A DNA stretch of 64,000 nt from Myxine glutinosa (taxonomy: Eukaryota): the NCBI RefSeq assembly GCF_040869285.1, contig NC_090432.1; one strand, 5' to 3'. The position numbers and the translations under genes were made by a program. Shown here one piece after another: positions 32,088 to 44,717 of this stretch. The notes beneath the pieces were generated by a model. The model worked only from the letters and a program-made list of their open reading frames with translations. It ran no database searches and was not told the origin of the DNA. Positions within the stretch are counted from its first letter, which is position 1. Every line of letters begins with the position of its first letter.

Positions 32088-33784
32088 GCGCCGGCCACTC
32101 AGGCAACTTGCTTTTTATTAAGGACAAAGCGTCCGGGCGGCGTTTCCTTTGTGACACCGGCGCCCAACTGAGCGTCATACCCACCTCCGAGCAGGACAGG
32201 CAGAACGCCGTTTGCGGCCCCTCCTTGGTCGCTGCTAATGGATCGGCCATACGCACCTTCGGCCCGCGCAACGTCACCCTCTGCTTCGGCAGCCAGCGCT
32301 TTCAGTGGACCTTTGTGACCGCAAGCATCCCCATGGCTTTGCTGGGCGCCGACTTCCTCTGTGTGCACGGGCTGCTGGTCTACGTCAAACGGCGTCGCCT
32401 TGTCAACGCCGAGACCTTCAGCTCCCTGGCATGTACGATGAGCAGCTCCGCGCCGACCGAACTGGCATGCGCCCTCCCGACGCCGAATGAGTTCGCTCGC
32501 CTGCTTGCAGAATTCCCGGCCCTCACGCGACCGACGTTTTCGGCCGTCGCAGTGCGACATGGGATCGAGCACCACATACCCACTACGGGCCCGCTGGTCT
32601 ACGCCAGAGCCCGCCGCCTCGACCCGACCAAGCTTGCCGTGGCCAAAGCCGAGTTCGACGCGTTGGAGCACCTCGGCATCGTGCGGCGCTCCGATAGCGC
32701 GTGGGCCTCACCACTGCACATCGTGCCAAAGCCGGGGGGCGGATGGCGCCCGTGTGGCGACTACCACCACCTCAACGACGCTACCACCCCCGACAGGTAT
32801 CCGATCCCGCACATCCAAGACTTTTCCGCCCGTTTGGCGGGACGGGTTATTTTTTCAAAAATTGACCTGATACGGGGATACCACCAGGTACCTGTCAGGC
32901 CGGCCGACGTCCCAAAGACGGCCGTCATCATGCCGTTCGGCCTGTTCGAATTTTTGAGGATGCCGTTTGGCCTCAGGAACGCGGCCCAGGCATTCCAACG
33001 CTTGATGGACAGCGTGCTGCGCGACCTGCCATTTCTTTTCGTCTATCTGGACGACATCCTCGTCGCCAGCACGTCCCGAGCCGAGCATCTCCTCCACCTC
33101 CGAACGCTGTTCGGATGCCTCAGCGAGCATGGCTTAATTGTCAACCCGGCCAAATGCCGCTTCGGCACGACGACCGTTGACTTTTTGGGCCACCGCATCA
33201 CCAAGACCGGGGCCGTGCCGCTGCCGACCAAGGTCGAGGCCATCACCAAGTTCCCGCGTCCCCGCTCCATCAAGGCCCTGCAAGAGTTCCTCGGCATGGT
33301 GAATTTTTATCACCGATTCGTGCCCCGCGCTGCTCAGCTCATGCGGCCCCTTTACGAAGCCCTCTGGGGCAAGCCGGCCAAGCATGACATCGTCTGGTCC
33401 ACGGCCATGGACGCGGCATTCACGAGCGCGAAGCGGGCCCTCGCCAACGCAACGCTGCTGGCTCACCCGGTGCTCAACGCTCCCATCGCCCTCACTACGG
33501 ACGCCTCCAACTACGCGGTGGGCGCCATCCATGAACAATGGGTGAACGGGGTTTGGCAGCCACTCGCTTTTTTCAGCCGGCAACTCCGGCCGAACGAGTT
33601 AAAATACAGTACGTTTGACCGCGAGCTCCTCGGTCTATTCCTGGCCGTTCGCCATTTCCGCCACCTCCTGGAGGGCCGCCCGTTCACGGCTTTCGTCGAC
33701 CACAAGCCATTGGTTTATGCAATGGCCAAAGTCACGGAGCCATGGTCGGCCCGCCAGCAGCACCACCTCTCCGCCGTGTCGTAA
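32015..33784 (+). CDS. Gypsy Pol (PR-RT-RNaseH), ending at an in-frame TAA
   Basis: 589-aa ORF with DTG protease, YLDD RT and a DAS RNaseH triad region. The downstream frame continues straight into the IN linker (DIWHVAGKDNAVADCLSRA). Confidence 0.85.
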   Translation: MVSLPRQVRTQVGKWPGRRSLPAMSAGHSGNLLFIKDKASGRRFLCDTGAQLSVIPTSEQDRQNAVCGPSLVAANGSAIRTFGPRNVTLCFGSQRFQWTFVTASIPMALLGADFLCVHGLLVYVKRRRLVNAETFSSLACTMSSSAPTELACALPTPNEFARLLAEFPALTRPTFSAVAVRHGIEHHIPTTGPLVYARARRLDPTKLAVAKAEFDALEHLGIVRRSDSAWASPLHIVPKPGGGWRPCGDYHHLNDATTPDRYPIPHIQDFSARLAGRVIFSKIDLIRGYHQVPVRPADVPKTAVIMPFGLFEFLRMPFGLRNAAQAFQRLMDSVLRDLPFLFVYLDDILVASTSRAEHLLHLRTLFGCLSEHGLIVNPAKCRFGTTTVDFLGHRITKTGAVPLPTKVEAITKFPRPRSIKALQEFLGMVNFYHRFVPRAAQLMRPLYEALWGKPAKHDIVWSTAMDAAFTSAKRALANATLLAHPVLNAPIALTTDASNYAVGAIHEQWVNGVWQPLAFFSRQLRPNELKYSTFDRELLGLFLAVRHFRHLLEGRPFTAFVDHKPLVYAMAKVTEPWSARQQHHLSAVS

Positions 33785-34882
33785 TTTACCACGGACATCT
33801 GGCACGTCGCCGGCAAAGACAACGCCGTGGCCGACTGTCTTTCTCGGGCCAGCGCAAACGCGGTCCACCTCGGCGTGGACTACGCGCTCATGGCGGCCGA
33901 CCAAACCACCGACACCGCGGTGCAGGCCCTCTCGGCGGCGGACACGGGCCTCCGCCTGGCCGACATCCACTTCGCGGACACTGTCCTGCTTTGCGACGTC
34001 TCCCAAGGCCAGCCTCGCCCCATCGTGCCCGTTACCTGGCAGCGCCGCATCTTCGCCTCCTTCCACGGCCTTTCTTACCCGGGCCGGAAAGCTTCTCAGA
34101 AGCTGTTGTCGGCGCGTTTCGTCTGGCACGGCCTTCGACGGGACATCCTCGACTGGGCCAACGCCTGCACGGCCTGCCAGCGGGCCAAGGTCCACCGCCA
34201 CACCCAGGCCCCGCTGGCACCTTTCACCGTGCCCGAACAGCGTTTCGACCACGTCAACGTGGACCTGGTTGGCCCCCTTCCCCCTTCGCGGGGTTTCACA
34301 CACCTGCTCACCATGGTGGACAGGACCACCAGGTGGCCGGAGGCCGTTCCCCTCATTTCCACCACCACCGCCGACGTGGCATAGGCTTTCATCGCCGCCT
34401 GGGTCGCCCGTTTCGGCGCACCGGCAGACATCTCTTCGGACCGCGGTCCGCAGTTCACCTCCGAGCTGTGGGGCGCGGTCGCCCGCAACCTGGGAGTCCA
34501 GCTCCACCGTACCACGGCCTACCACCCCCAAGCCAATGGGTTGTGCGAGCGTTTTCACCGCTCCATGAAGGCCGCGCTCATGGCCGGCCTTCATGACGAC
34601 GGTTGGGCCGACCGGCTGCCGTGGGTCCTTTTGGGCCTCCGCACGGCCCCCAAGGAGGACCTGCAGGCGTCCACCGCCGAGCTCGTCTACGGCCAGCCGC
34701 TTCGCGTCCCGGGCGAGTTCGTGCCCGACGCTACCAGTCCCTGGTCCGCAGCTCGCCAGCGCTCGGACCTCCAGGAGGCCGCCCGACGATTTGCCCCCGT
34801 GCCAACGTCCCGCCACCGTGGCCCCCAGTCCTACATCCCCCCCAGCGCTTCACACAGCGGAGTACGTCTTTGTGCGTCATGA
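33785..34882 (+). pseudogene. Gypsy integrase (HHCC + DDE core) in the pol frame, interrupted by TAA (33782-33784) and TAG (34382-34384)
   Basis: Frames of ORFs 32015, 33827 and 34541 are identical. Motifs: H..H..CTACQRAK; MVDRTTRWPEAVPL (D); SDRGPQFTS (D); YHPQANGLCERFH (E). Confidence 0.8.
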
Positions 34883-35183
34883 CGCACACCAGGGGCCACT
34901 CCGGCCGCCGTACGATGGTCCCTTCCGGGTCCTGCGACGAGACGACAAGTCATTCGTCATCGACTTCGGCGGCCAGGCGGACCGGATTTCAGTGGACCGC
35001 CTCAAGCCGGCGCACGTGGACGTCGACCAACCACCACGGTTGGCCCTTCCTCCGCGGCGAGGCCGCCCCCTGTCCACAGTTCCCCCCGCTCGACCACCCA
35101 TCACCACACCGGACCCCCCCCCCCCCCCCCACGACCCTCCAGGGGTCGCTTCGGCCGGGTCATCAGGACCCCCCTTAAATTGA
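34857..35183 (+). pseudogene. Integrase C-terminal GPY/F domain, in a +1 frame relative to the IN core
   Basis: YVFVRHDAHQGPLRPPYDGPFRVLRRDDKSFVIDFGGQADRISVDRLKPAHVD. Confidence 0.7.
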
Positions 35184-35217
35184 CCCTGCCGGTGCAAGTC
35201 GATTCTGGAGGGGCGTG

Positions 35218-35851
35218 TGTAGCGGTTACCGCTGGGTGTACACAATCGCCTTGCACCTACCAAGGACGCGGCCAGGGAGCAATCACCATGCCGGGCTCGT
35301 CCAGGCCGCCCGGACAGGCCCAGACGCGCCTCTCCCGGGCATGCCCGGACTCGCTGTTCCCGGGCTCGCCCGAGCCTCCCGGGCACGCCTGGTCTCGTCT
35401 TTCCCGGGCATGCCCAGACTCGTCTTTCCAGGGCTCGCCCAGGACACCCGGGCATGCCCGCTCTCGCCTTTCCAGGGCTCGCCCAGGACGCCCGGGCATG
35501 CCCGCTCTCGCCTTTCCAGGGCTCGCCCAGGATGCCCGGGCATGCCCGCTCTTGCCTTTCCAGGGCTCGCCGAGGACGCCCGGGCATGCCCGCCCTCGCC
35601 TTTCCAGGGCTCGCCCAGGATGCCCGGGCAGGTCCAGACTCGCCTTTCCAGGACTCGCCCTTGACGCCCGGGCATGCCCGGTCTCGCTTTTCCCGGGCAA
35701 ACGCTCCGGCATAATGTGTATATATATTGCTGCCCGATAAACGGGCTTTTCAGAGTACCCGAGTTTGATACGTGCAATAAAGCAACTCGGACGAATTTCC
35801 GTCTTTGGTCGCGTCAATCCTTCCGACTCGCGTTGGAGCATAGCTCCTTCA
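35218..35851 (+). repeat. Gypsy 3' LTR (634 bp)
   Basis: Same as the 5' LTR. The element ends ...gcatagctccttca. Confidence 0.9.
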
Positions 35852-38279
35852 CTCACATGAAAAGGAAAGAAGACGGAAATAGAGAAAAGATAATGGAAGG
35901 GGTTTCTTCTTTTCATTTCAAGACACATTCTTCTTGTTTGGTAGCCCTGAAATGGGCCCGTGGGTGGGTAAAGCAGTTAAGCTAAAACCCCCAGGAACTC
36001 CTCGTCGTGTGTCTCATCAAATACTGCACAAAGTTCCTTGTCTGAATCTGCGTACAGGAGGTCGACGTCGCTGCAGTCGCTCTCCAAGGTGCTTCCTGAA
36101 TCGTCCTCCCACAGGTATAAGCACCGACCAACAGAGACAGTGCGTTGTTCAACAAAGAGATAATAGTCTACTGAGTATTTAGTCTGCTTTGAGCATCAAG
36201 AAGCTGTCAGTCATCAGCATAAATCATTTGTCAGAAGTTTGCAAGGAATTTTTCACAAAAAATGTTTGAGTGTGTCGGTCAAAAGTACAAGAGTGCACTT
36301 CGGAACTATATGTGCTAACCCGGAGTTCCCCGTGTATGAGCACGGCAGATTCGCACAGCGGCACTGTGCTCTACATGAGTTCCAATGTTCGAAATTTCTC
36401 AGACCTGTTTATAAAGGTGCACCACCGACTTCCGGGATTTCCCAGTGTGACCAAAAGTATGCTTTATACTCTCACAACGAATCTCACAACGATTTTGCTC
36501 TCTGTTCCCAAGATTTTGCTGCCAATTGCTAATGGAAAAATCATGTCTGAGTAGCTTCGTCCAATTCTGAACCGACACTGGGACTCAGGTAGTTCTTCTT
36601 CAACTATCTTCTGTAGCCGCCCTTGTAGTATCCCTGCAACCCCGACGACATCAACATCTGAACATCGCAATACCCAAGCACTTGTCACATCTGCGTCGGT
36701 CCCCATTCCTTGGGATGGGTGCACGTAGTGTAAGCAGACATGGAAATTTGTTCTTCTCCCAGTGTGTACCAAATCTAGTCCTCGTCGTTCGAGTAAATTT
36801 TCTTCATCTCATGCTGCCTCACCATCTCATGCTGCCTCACCATCTCATGCAGAATATCAGAGCTACCACCCACCAATCTTTCCATTTTTGAACTTCCCAC
36901 CTGACCTCTCCCGCGCCTATTTTGATGGCATATGTGGTCTTAGTGGTCGCTGTCTTTTTTTCCAACTCTATTGCATTGATGTGCATGATGTTGTTCATGT
37001 TCAGGATCCTTGTGAATGGTTCCTCCACCACTGTTGCTGTGCATGGGATGTGATGCAGCGATTTCCATCTTCATCCATCTCACACACACACACGTTCCTC
37101 TTTTTTTGCACGATTCTTTTATCTTCAAGGTGTCCTTGAGAAACCTCCATAAGATGAGTAAACACGAGACTCAATATGGAAGACTTCCCAAGCTGCAGTC
37201 TTGGCAAAATGTAAAGCAGCCTGAAGCAAGGATCTGAATATGAACTATCATGACCAAATGAAGTGCGTACACGCACATGAAAGCATTTTGTCTTATTGTA
37301 TATTGCTTTCAATCTCTACCATCCACCAGGCTTGGGTAACATATATATTTATTCCCTATTGTAAGCTTCAAGTGTTCCATGTTTGTTTTGTACATGCTGG
37401 TGCACACTTAGAATAAATGTGCAATCAAATGATATGACATGTTACAAGAGTTAATAAAGCCTCCATTATGACAATGGCATTTGTGCGAGTTACATTTGCG
37501 ATTCTCTGAGAAATGCTGATGTGGTTTTCTTTATTCGAGGAAGAAAGAAATGTCACAATGATTTTCATGTGCAACACGAAATAAACTGGAACGGCATTCG
37601 GTAGAGAGCATACATCCGCCAGGCCGGACAGGTTACGTTGTGTATCCCACAGATGGGTCAGATCTGGATCCAGACTGTAACCAAAATCGAATCAACTTGT
37701 CCTTGTCACACACACACTACCTATCCACCAAGCGAATCCGTCCGCAACGTTTTGACATATTGTGCTATATAATTATCGTTTTTGGCACTATCACTCAATG
37801 GTGAAGAATCACTAAAAATTCACCAAAATCTTTCTGAATTTTCACCAAAAGATCCGGATCTTCACCAAAATCTAATTCGTTCATCCCTATCACACATATC
37901 CAACCTGTCCATGAAGCATTGGCCAAATACATTCACAACTTTGAGATATCCTACTGACAGACAGACAGACAGACAGCCAAACATGGGTGAAAAACAACCT
38001 CCGACAACCTTCAGTGAGGGATGTAATTTTTGATTATACATTAATTATATAATTATAGGTAACACATCTTTATTATTAGAATATGGTGAAGACAAATTAA
38101 TACATTTTCCTTTTATTTTAGCCGTTGTTTTCATTAAGTTTAGTTTGAGTACATAGCAGACTCAGACGGGCATTGCATTTTGGGATGCTTTCTCCTTTAC
38201 AATTAAGATAATTTTGTAAGCAGCCTGTGGCTGTAGGTTGTTTCAATGCTAGGAACACGGCTGTTCCCCTGATGCAGTG

Positions 38280-38350
38280 CCCCGTTACCAGTAAGCTGGT
38301 ACTTATTTTGCCGACCTCGGAAGGATGACAGGTTGAGTCAACCCACCTAG
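38280..38350 (-). mobile_element. Short fragment of the tRNA-derived SINE (body region)
   Basis: ttttgccgacctcggaaggatgacaggttgagtcaaccc is the reverse complement of SINE positions ~44810-44850. Confidence 0.5.
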
Positions 38351-38656
38351 TGTTATTTAACGGCATGACAGGTGCTCAAACTCAAAACCCTAATATCTTA
38401 AGGCAGCCAGCTTAACCGTGAAGCCAACTTTAGGCTTTATAATAAAGAATAATATAAAATTATATGCACCCGTGAAACCTAAGGAAATGAGAGTGAGTGG
38501 CAAAGCGGACTGTACCCATTTGTGCTGATTTCCGCCGAGCAGTCAGAGCAGATATTGCGGTATTTGCATAGTGATGTGATTGGCTGCATCCTTTTTAGCT
38601 GCGACGAGCAGCTCGATGAGAGGACTGCGTTGTTCTTGTTGTTGGGGTGCCTTTTT

Positions 38657-39612
38657 GAATAGCGCATGCGCATACACTCGGACGTGCGTTGGTATGAGGT
38701 AAGAACATCGCGGACTAAAATCGCGATTTGTTTGAAGAAACCAGAATAAATTTAGCAACAAAGACAACATGAATGTTTTCATATCAATTTCGTTTCACAG
38801 AACTTGACACAAATTAGGTGTAATTATTGAATAGCGCATGTGCATACACTCGGACGTGCGTTGGTATGAGGTAAGAACACCGCGGACTAAAATCGCGATT
38901 TGTTTGAAGAAACCAGAACAAATTTAGCAACAAAGACAACATGAATGTTTTCATATCAATCTCGTTTCACAGAACTTGACACAAATTAGGTGTAATTATT
39001 GAATAGCGCATGCGCTTACACTCGGACGTGCGTTGGTATGGGGTAAGAACATCGCGGACTAAAATCGCGATTTGTTTGAAGAAACCAGAATAAATTTAGC
39101 AACAAAGACAACATGAATGTTTTCATATCAATCTCGTTTCACAGAACTTAACACAAATTAGCTGTAATTATTGAATAGTGCATGCGCTTACACTCGGACG
39201 TGCGTTGGTATGAGGTAAGAACATCGCGGACTAAAATCGCGATTTGTTTGAAGAAACCAGAATAAATTTAGCAACAAAGACAACATGAATGTTTTCATAT
39301 CAATCTCGTTTCACAGAACTTAACACAAATTAGGTGTAATTATTGAATAGCGCATACGCTTACACTCGGACGTGCGTTGGTATGAGGTAAGAACATCGCG
39401 GACTAAAATCGCGATTTGTTTGAAGAAACCAGAATAAATTTAGCAACAAAGACAACATGAATGTTTTCATATCAATCTCGTTTCACAGAACTTAACACAA
39501 ATTAGGTGTAATTATTGAATAGCGCATACGCTTACACTCGGACGTGCGTTGGTATGAGGTAAGAACATCGCGGACTAAAATCGCAATTTGTTTGAAGAAA
39601 CCAGAATAAATT
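38657..39612. repeat. 172-bp satellite, ~5.5 tandem copies
   Basis: Unit starts (gaatagcgcatgcgc.tacactcggacgtgcgttggtatgaggtaagaacatcgcggactaaaatcgcgatttg...) fall at 38657, 38829, 39001, 39173, 39345 and 39517. Confidence 0.9.
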
Positions 39613-39734
39613 TAGCTGAAAGACAAAAAGACGCTAGTGCATGCCTATAATTTAATGACTGGTTGAATTTGGTAGCGCATATTGCAACGGATATCCTCAT
39701 GATTCTGCACGTCGCAGCTGGTGACCACACTGTG

Positions 39735-40260
39735 ATCATTTTCTCTTCTTTTTTTTCTTCTTTTTTTGTATACTGAATCGAGGCTCGTGAAAGAGCTGAC
39801 ATTTACTTCACAAACAAATCAACCAGACAAACAAAATATATAAAAAGAGGGAGCGGAAGACAAGAGAAGGGGAAGCACACAAACACTTGAGAGCACACAA
39901 CATTTAAGAGCAGGGAGATGTGTGGGAGGGAGAGGGCTTGGGGGGAGGAGGCGTGGGAAGGGGAGGAGGGTGGGAGAAGTATAAAACACAAGGACACCAA
40001 GGACTTCCAGGACAGAAGTTGGTATTTCAAAAAAGTGGAATTGGGGTGAAATTAGCGGGGATAGAAAAGATCAAGGTTTTGGATGGGGGAAGATAAGAGA
40101 TGGTGGTGAACAGCTGTTTTAAAGACCTGGAGGGTGGAGTGGGATTGAAGAGAGTGAGGGAGTTTGTTCATTTTGTTCAAATTTGATTGACAGTTAGCTA
40201 CAGAACTGATGCACCTATCTAAAAAAAAAAAAAGGTGAAACGGACTTTCAAACCACCGGC
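39735..40260 (-). mobile_element. 3'-terminal fragment of the CR1/L2-like LINE family
   Basis: 'ttttgtatactgaatcgaggctcgtgaaagagctgacattta.ttcacaaacaaatcaaccagacaaacaaaa' and the following ~450 bp are the reverse complement of 13500-13950. Confidence 0.8.
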
Positions 40261-40496
40261 GGATGATTCACAGCAGGATTTTACAACTCAGTACGTGTTC
40301 TCTCTGCACCCGTACACCTGAGGATGATGTGAGAAGCGTAAATGTTCCTACAGATAAAAGAAGAACCACCTTTAGAGGCCATTTTTCCCAGCAGAGCAGG
40401 GGTTGGCCTTTTTGGGGCACCAGGGTCCCCTTTATGCAGGGATGCCCTTCCTGCCACCAACCCTGTTGGTCACCTCTTGCGACACACAGGGAATTA

Positions 40497-40642
40497 CCAG
40501 TGAACTGATACTCAATTTGCCGACCTCGGAAGGATGACAGGCTGAGTCAGCCCCCCCTGGCATTAATTCAGCGATCAACCGGGATTCGAACCCAGGATCC
40601 TCGGATCCCAAGATGGCACCCTAACTGCTAAGCCAACACCAG
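40497..40642 (-). mobile_element. tRNA-derived SINE, 5' part (tRNA-like head plus proximal body), inverted
   Basis: Reverse complement reads gagcctggtgttggcttagcagttagggtgccatcttgggatccgaggatcctgggttcgaatcccggttgatcgctgaattaatgccaggggg..., matching 44720-44860. Confidence 0.75.
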
Positions 40643-40899
40643 GCTCTAAATGTTCCTATAGATATTGGAGAAAAAAAGCATTGGGCCTAATCAAGTGCAT
40701 CTGATCCCTTTTACAAAGATAATATTTGGGGAAAACCACAGTCGCTCCTTTTCATTTTTGTACTTTAACAAATTCCCACTAGTTGAATAATCTCTTCAAC
40801 ATGATATTGTGTGCTGCTTCCTTGTCGTCACTTACATTCAGAAACAGGCTAAGGCGAGGATTCATTTATTTTAAAAAGGTATGCAGAATTGGAAGTATC

Positions 40900-41672
40900 T
40901 CTGTAATATTGTCTAAGCGTTCCCTTTCCCAGGTGACAATGCTTCAAACATAGCGAAGAAACAGGATCAGTAGCAGTGAAACATTTGGAGAGTCATCAAA
41001 GCACCTTTGAGATAAATAGGGATTACCTGGCAAGGATTTGTGATATTGTCAACTTACTTTCAAAGCTTGGCTTTCCGTTTTGAGGAGACTTTGAGGAGAC
41101 TTTGAGGGAAAGGAAGCTAATTTGAAAGGAAATTTCCTTGAATTCTGTGATTTATTTATCAAAGTATGATAAAACTTAAGAAAACGCAGGCTGACTAACC
41201 TAACCCTAACCGTAAGCTTTAATTTCGAAACAAAGTGCTGCAGATCTGGACATTTCGTTTACAAATATATTGTGAATAAGACTGGGAATTTTTCTGTAAT
41301 TGCAGATGAGGCCAGATCGTGTTAGACATAGCAGCTCTCAGTTTGTATGAGATATGCAGAAAACCTCAAAATCAGAGAAAGGTTCCGCGGTGTTTTGTTA
41401 ATTGCTCATCTTCCACAAATGCAGGAGGCATTTATACTGCCATAAAGAAAGCTTTGGAGACAAATGGCTTGCAGAATGTTCTGATAGTTGCGGAATCGTG
41501 TGATGGTGCTGCGATCAGGACAGATTATAGCTGGGTGTGGATTAAAACCCAGGCTCGACAGCTTAGAGGTGAGTATGCGTACCCCTGGGTCATCCTTCCA
41601 GCCCACATTAAAGGAAGAACAGCATTTATATTAAGACAATGTTTATGTATGTGTAACACCTGGGAGACTTGA
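40900..41672 (+). pseudogene. Degenerate hAT-superfamily (ZMYM1-like / DUF4371-type) transposase fragment with multiple stops
   Basis: Frames read ...GKEANLKGNFLEFCDLF... (compare the S.NKGNFLELL motif of ZMYM1-like proteins) and ...LIVAESCDGAAIRTDYSWVW... (compare the CYDGAS.MSG block). Confidence 0.45.
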
Positions 41673-42099
41673 TTCATAAAGTGCTCGATTTTGTTTATTC
41701 AATATTCTGTTGTTTTGCCTCCGGTGGTACCTGGTAAACATGTGTCAAATAATCAGATGAAAACAAAAAAAAAAGTTATTAAATAAATGAATATAAACTG
41801 CATTTGATTTCATTTAGACTATTACTAACACTAACTATTCTAACAATGGGGCTGTTACTCCAGGTTCCCTGTCCTTTGGGTGGTACGAGGAATACATCTG
41901 TGTAATAAGAAAGCTAAATCTTGAACGGTTTTTGAAATATCGTGTACACAAGCCAAGTTACTGAGATGGTTGCCATGGCAACATAATTCAGCCAATCACA
42001 GCCGTGATCTAATCAGGTTGAGATAATGTCATGAGAAATAGATATCTGCAATATGAAAGCTGGTCGGTCAGTGTCCTCATTTTAATGCCCCCGTCTTTG

Positions 42100-42660
42100 A
42101 CATTTTTTTTTTGTGTGTATACAAGATCGAGGCTCGTGTAAGAGCGAACATTAATCACACAGAAAGTCAAACCGACACATAAAACACAAAATAAGGGGAG
42201 CGGTAGACAAGATGGGGAGAGAGGGGGAAGGACACAAACACAACATTTGAGAGCAGGGACATCGAGAGAACTGTGGGAAGGAGAGGGCTTGGGGGGGAGG
42301 TGGGAGAGGTATAAAACATATGGACACTGCAAGGACTTCCAGGAAAGAAGTTGGAATTTCAAAAAGGTGGATCTGGGGTGAATTAGCGGGGGTAGAAAAG
42401 ATCAAGGTTTTGGATGGGGGAAGATAAGAGATGGTAGTGAACAGCTGTTTTAACAACCTGGAGGGATTAGTGGGATTGAAGGGAGTGAGGGAGTTTATTC
42501 CAGAGGCGGGAGAAAAGACGAATGAAAGAGTGAAGGTGAATAGAGTCTTGATTTTGGCAGTTTCACCAGAAGAAGGAACAGAAGAGGACATTGTTGTCGG
42601 GTGAGGCCACAGGGGACAGCAAGCGGTGAAGTCAGACCATGCTGTCCATTAGTAATACAA
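42100..42660 (-). mobile_element. 3'-terminal fragment of the CR1/L2-like LINE family (second diverged copy)
   Basis: 'ttttgtgtgtatacaagatcgaggctcgtgtaagagcgaacatta...' plus ~500 bp collinear with the reverse complement of the 13450-13950 region. Confidence 0.75.
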
Positions 42661-43969
42661 GGAGGGGGGAGGGGGGCATGTTATTATCCTTATTCAAATG
42701 TGTAATTCAAAACACCTCACTGCACTGGAAAAGGTGGGGACAGGAATACTGTCCTGTAAAGGGTGGGACCTTGTAATACTCTCTCTCTCACCTGGAGGCG
42801 CACTGCATGCTACACATTTATATAAATAATTTGTGTCGTCGTGTCCTCCCCTCATCCCCCACCCACCCCACCCCACTAGACCAGATGGCAAAGATAAAAA
42901 CACCATATACACTAATTGGGGTCATGCTGATCCTCTGTCGCAAGTGTGGATGTAGTCGGGGCAGAATTGCAGGAGAAGAAGCGAGACAAACAAACAAACA
43001 CACACCAAACTACGGCTAGGCCTACCCACCATATTTTTTATGTTTGTACCTTCTGTTCCATTAACACACGAGGAGGGGGAGCAGTGTACTAGCATTATTT
43101 TACCTTTGGTGTCGTAATATGTGAATAGGCTTTAAGTTTGCTTCAACGGGATTTCCCGGCAGGGGTTTTGAGAGATTTTAAACCGTTGGGTTTAAATTTA
43201 ATAAGGAAAATTCACCCGGACTCCGGACATCTTTTCTTCCACACTAAAGATTTACTGAAGGGAGCTAACAGGTCATGTTTAACAAATTTATTGGAGTTAT
43301 ATGAAGGAGTTTTGCTCTTGCCGGAATATACTTGAAAAAATCGGTTGAAAAAATCTTGAAAAATCTTGAAATATCTGAAAATCTTGGTGAGGTGCGGTGA
43401 GGTGAGGTGAGACTAATAGGTCAAACTTTGGAAATACTATACCAGTACCAATTAATATTGATGATGCAACTGTATAGGAATAAAATGACAGTTATTGTCG
43501 GCCTTCGAGATGTATTCAATTCTGAATGAGATTATATAACGTAAACTTTTATCAAAATATAAATAGGCTTTTCAGGTTTAAAGAGCAAATGTGTGTAATG
43601 AAACTGCTTCCTCACACACATTTGCATACAAAAAGGTTCAAATCGTTTACGATTATACAAATGCTGAAGAGAAAGGTCCGTGACAATAACAATTGATCAG
43701 ATGATGTCGGCCATGATAGCAAAGTTCGCGCTAGTGTTGCCACGCACTGAAAGTCGTGCTGTTTTCATTTTTGAATCTTATTCAAACTACACCAGTGAAA
43801 TGTGTTTTTTTTACGCTTTTATTATTATAATTCTTTGCCAATGGATTCCTTGGATCTGAAAATGCAATTATGGTTTAAAAAAAAAAAAAATGGAGAATGG
43901 AGGAGAAAAATAGAGAATGACGTCATTGTGCGTGTTTTCCGGCATGGCGGCCTGAAGGATTGGCCAGGG

Positions 43970-44033
43970 ATGCTGGACCTCGAAATCGTTCCTGAGCGCT
44001 CGGCGGGTAACGAGTCGTGGGAATTCAGTCTTG
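43970..44033 (+). CDS. PHAF1: PHAF1/C16orf70 (UPF0183) orthologue exon 1 coding part: MLDLEIVPERSAGNESWEFSL(G), donor |gtcagt
   Basis: Matches the human C16orf70 N-terminus [22 protein letters not shown] (from memory). The codon is split after its first base. Confidence 0.8.
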
Positions 44034-44214
44034 GTCAGTTAATTGTCATGTTTGATGAGTTTTATCATTGCCGAGACATGTTCTTATTTGAATAATAAAT
44101 AAGTTATCGGGTCAGCTGATGGGTTTGTTGACAAACATTTGAATTTGAACGGTCTGGCTCGTATCCTCGGCCAGTGTTTGGCTTCACCTTTTCTTGGTTA
44201 TTACTGATTAATAA

Positions 44215-44370
<156 letters not shown>

Positions 44371-44482
44371 TAATGGGTCCACCTATAATGAGTGTTCTTG
44401 GTTGATGGATGTGCTGGGTGTGATCGGAGAGATCATTATTTAGGAAAGACTGACATCACTTGCTTTGGCTTTGCAATTGCAG

Positions 44483-44566
44483 AACCCATTGGAAAACGAT
44501 CAACTTTTGAACCTGACCCAAGATGGATTGACCCTTGTGTTTGACTCATACAGCCAGAGGCTTAAG
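44483..44566 (+). CDS. PHAF1: PHAF1 orthologue exon 3: NPLENDQLLNLTQDGLTLVFDSYSQRLK; acceptor ttgcag|, donor |gtgaga
   Basis: Human: [28 protein letters not shown]. 28 codons. Confidence 0.85.
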
Positions 44567-44717
44567 GTGAGAAATATGGAATGTGAAAGGTTGATGTTGT
44601 GGAGAGGAGTGACATTTTTGAACCTCCTCAAAGCAGGTTCATGACATGCTCACTTCCTCCATAAACTTGGTTTGGCAAATTTGATTTAATAATTGTGTTT
44701 GCTTGTTAGTGATCATC

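Larger units (their letters stand above)
30696..35851 (+). mobile_element. Ty3/Gypsy LTR retrotransposon, near-complete (5.16 kb), 4-bp TSD CTCA
   Basis: LTRs run TG...CA: 30696-31358 and 35218-35851. TSD ctca lies at 30692-30695 and 35852-35855. PBS TGGTGACCCCGAAC is at 31360-31373 and a PPT (ggaggggcg) at 35207-35215. Gag-to-pol is a -1 frame change with overlap 32015-32087. Pol order is PR (FLCDTGAQLSVIP), RT (FVYLDDILVAS), RNaseH (TTDASNYAVGA), then IN (HHCC, DDE, GPY/F). Confidence 0.9.
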
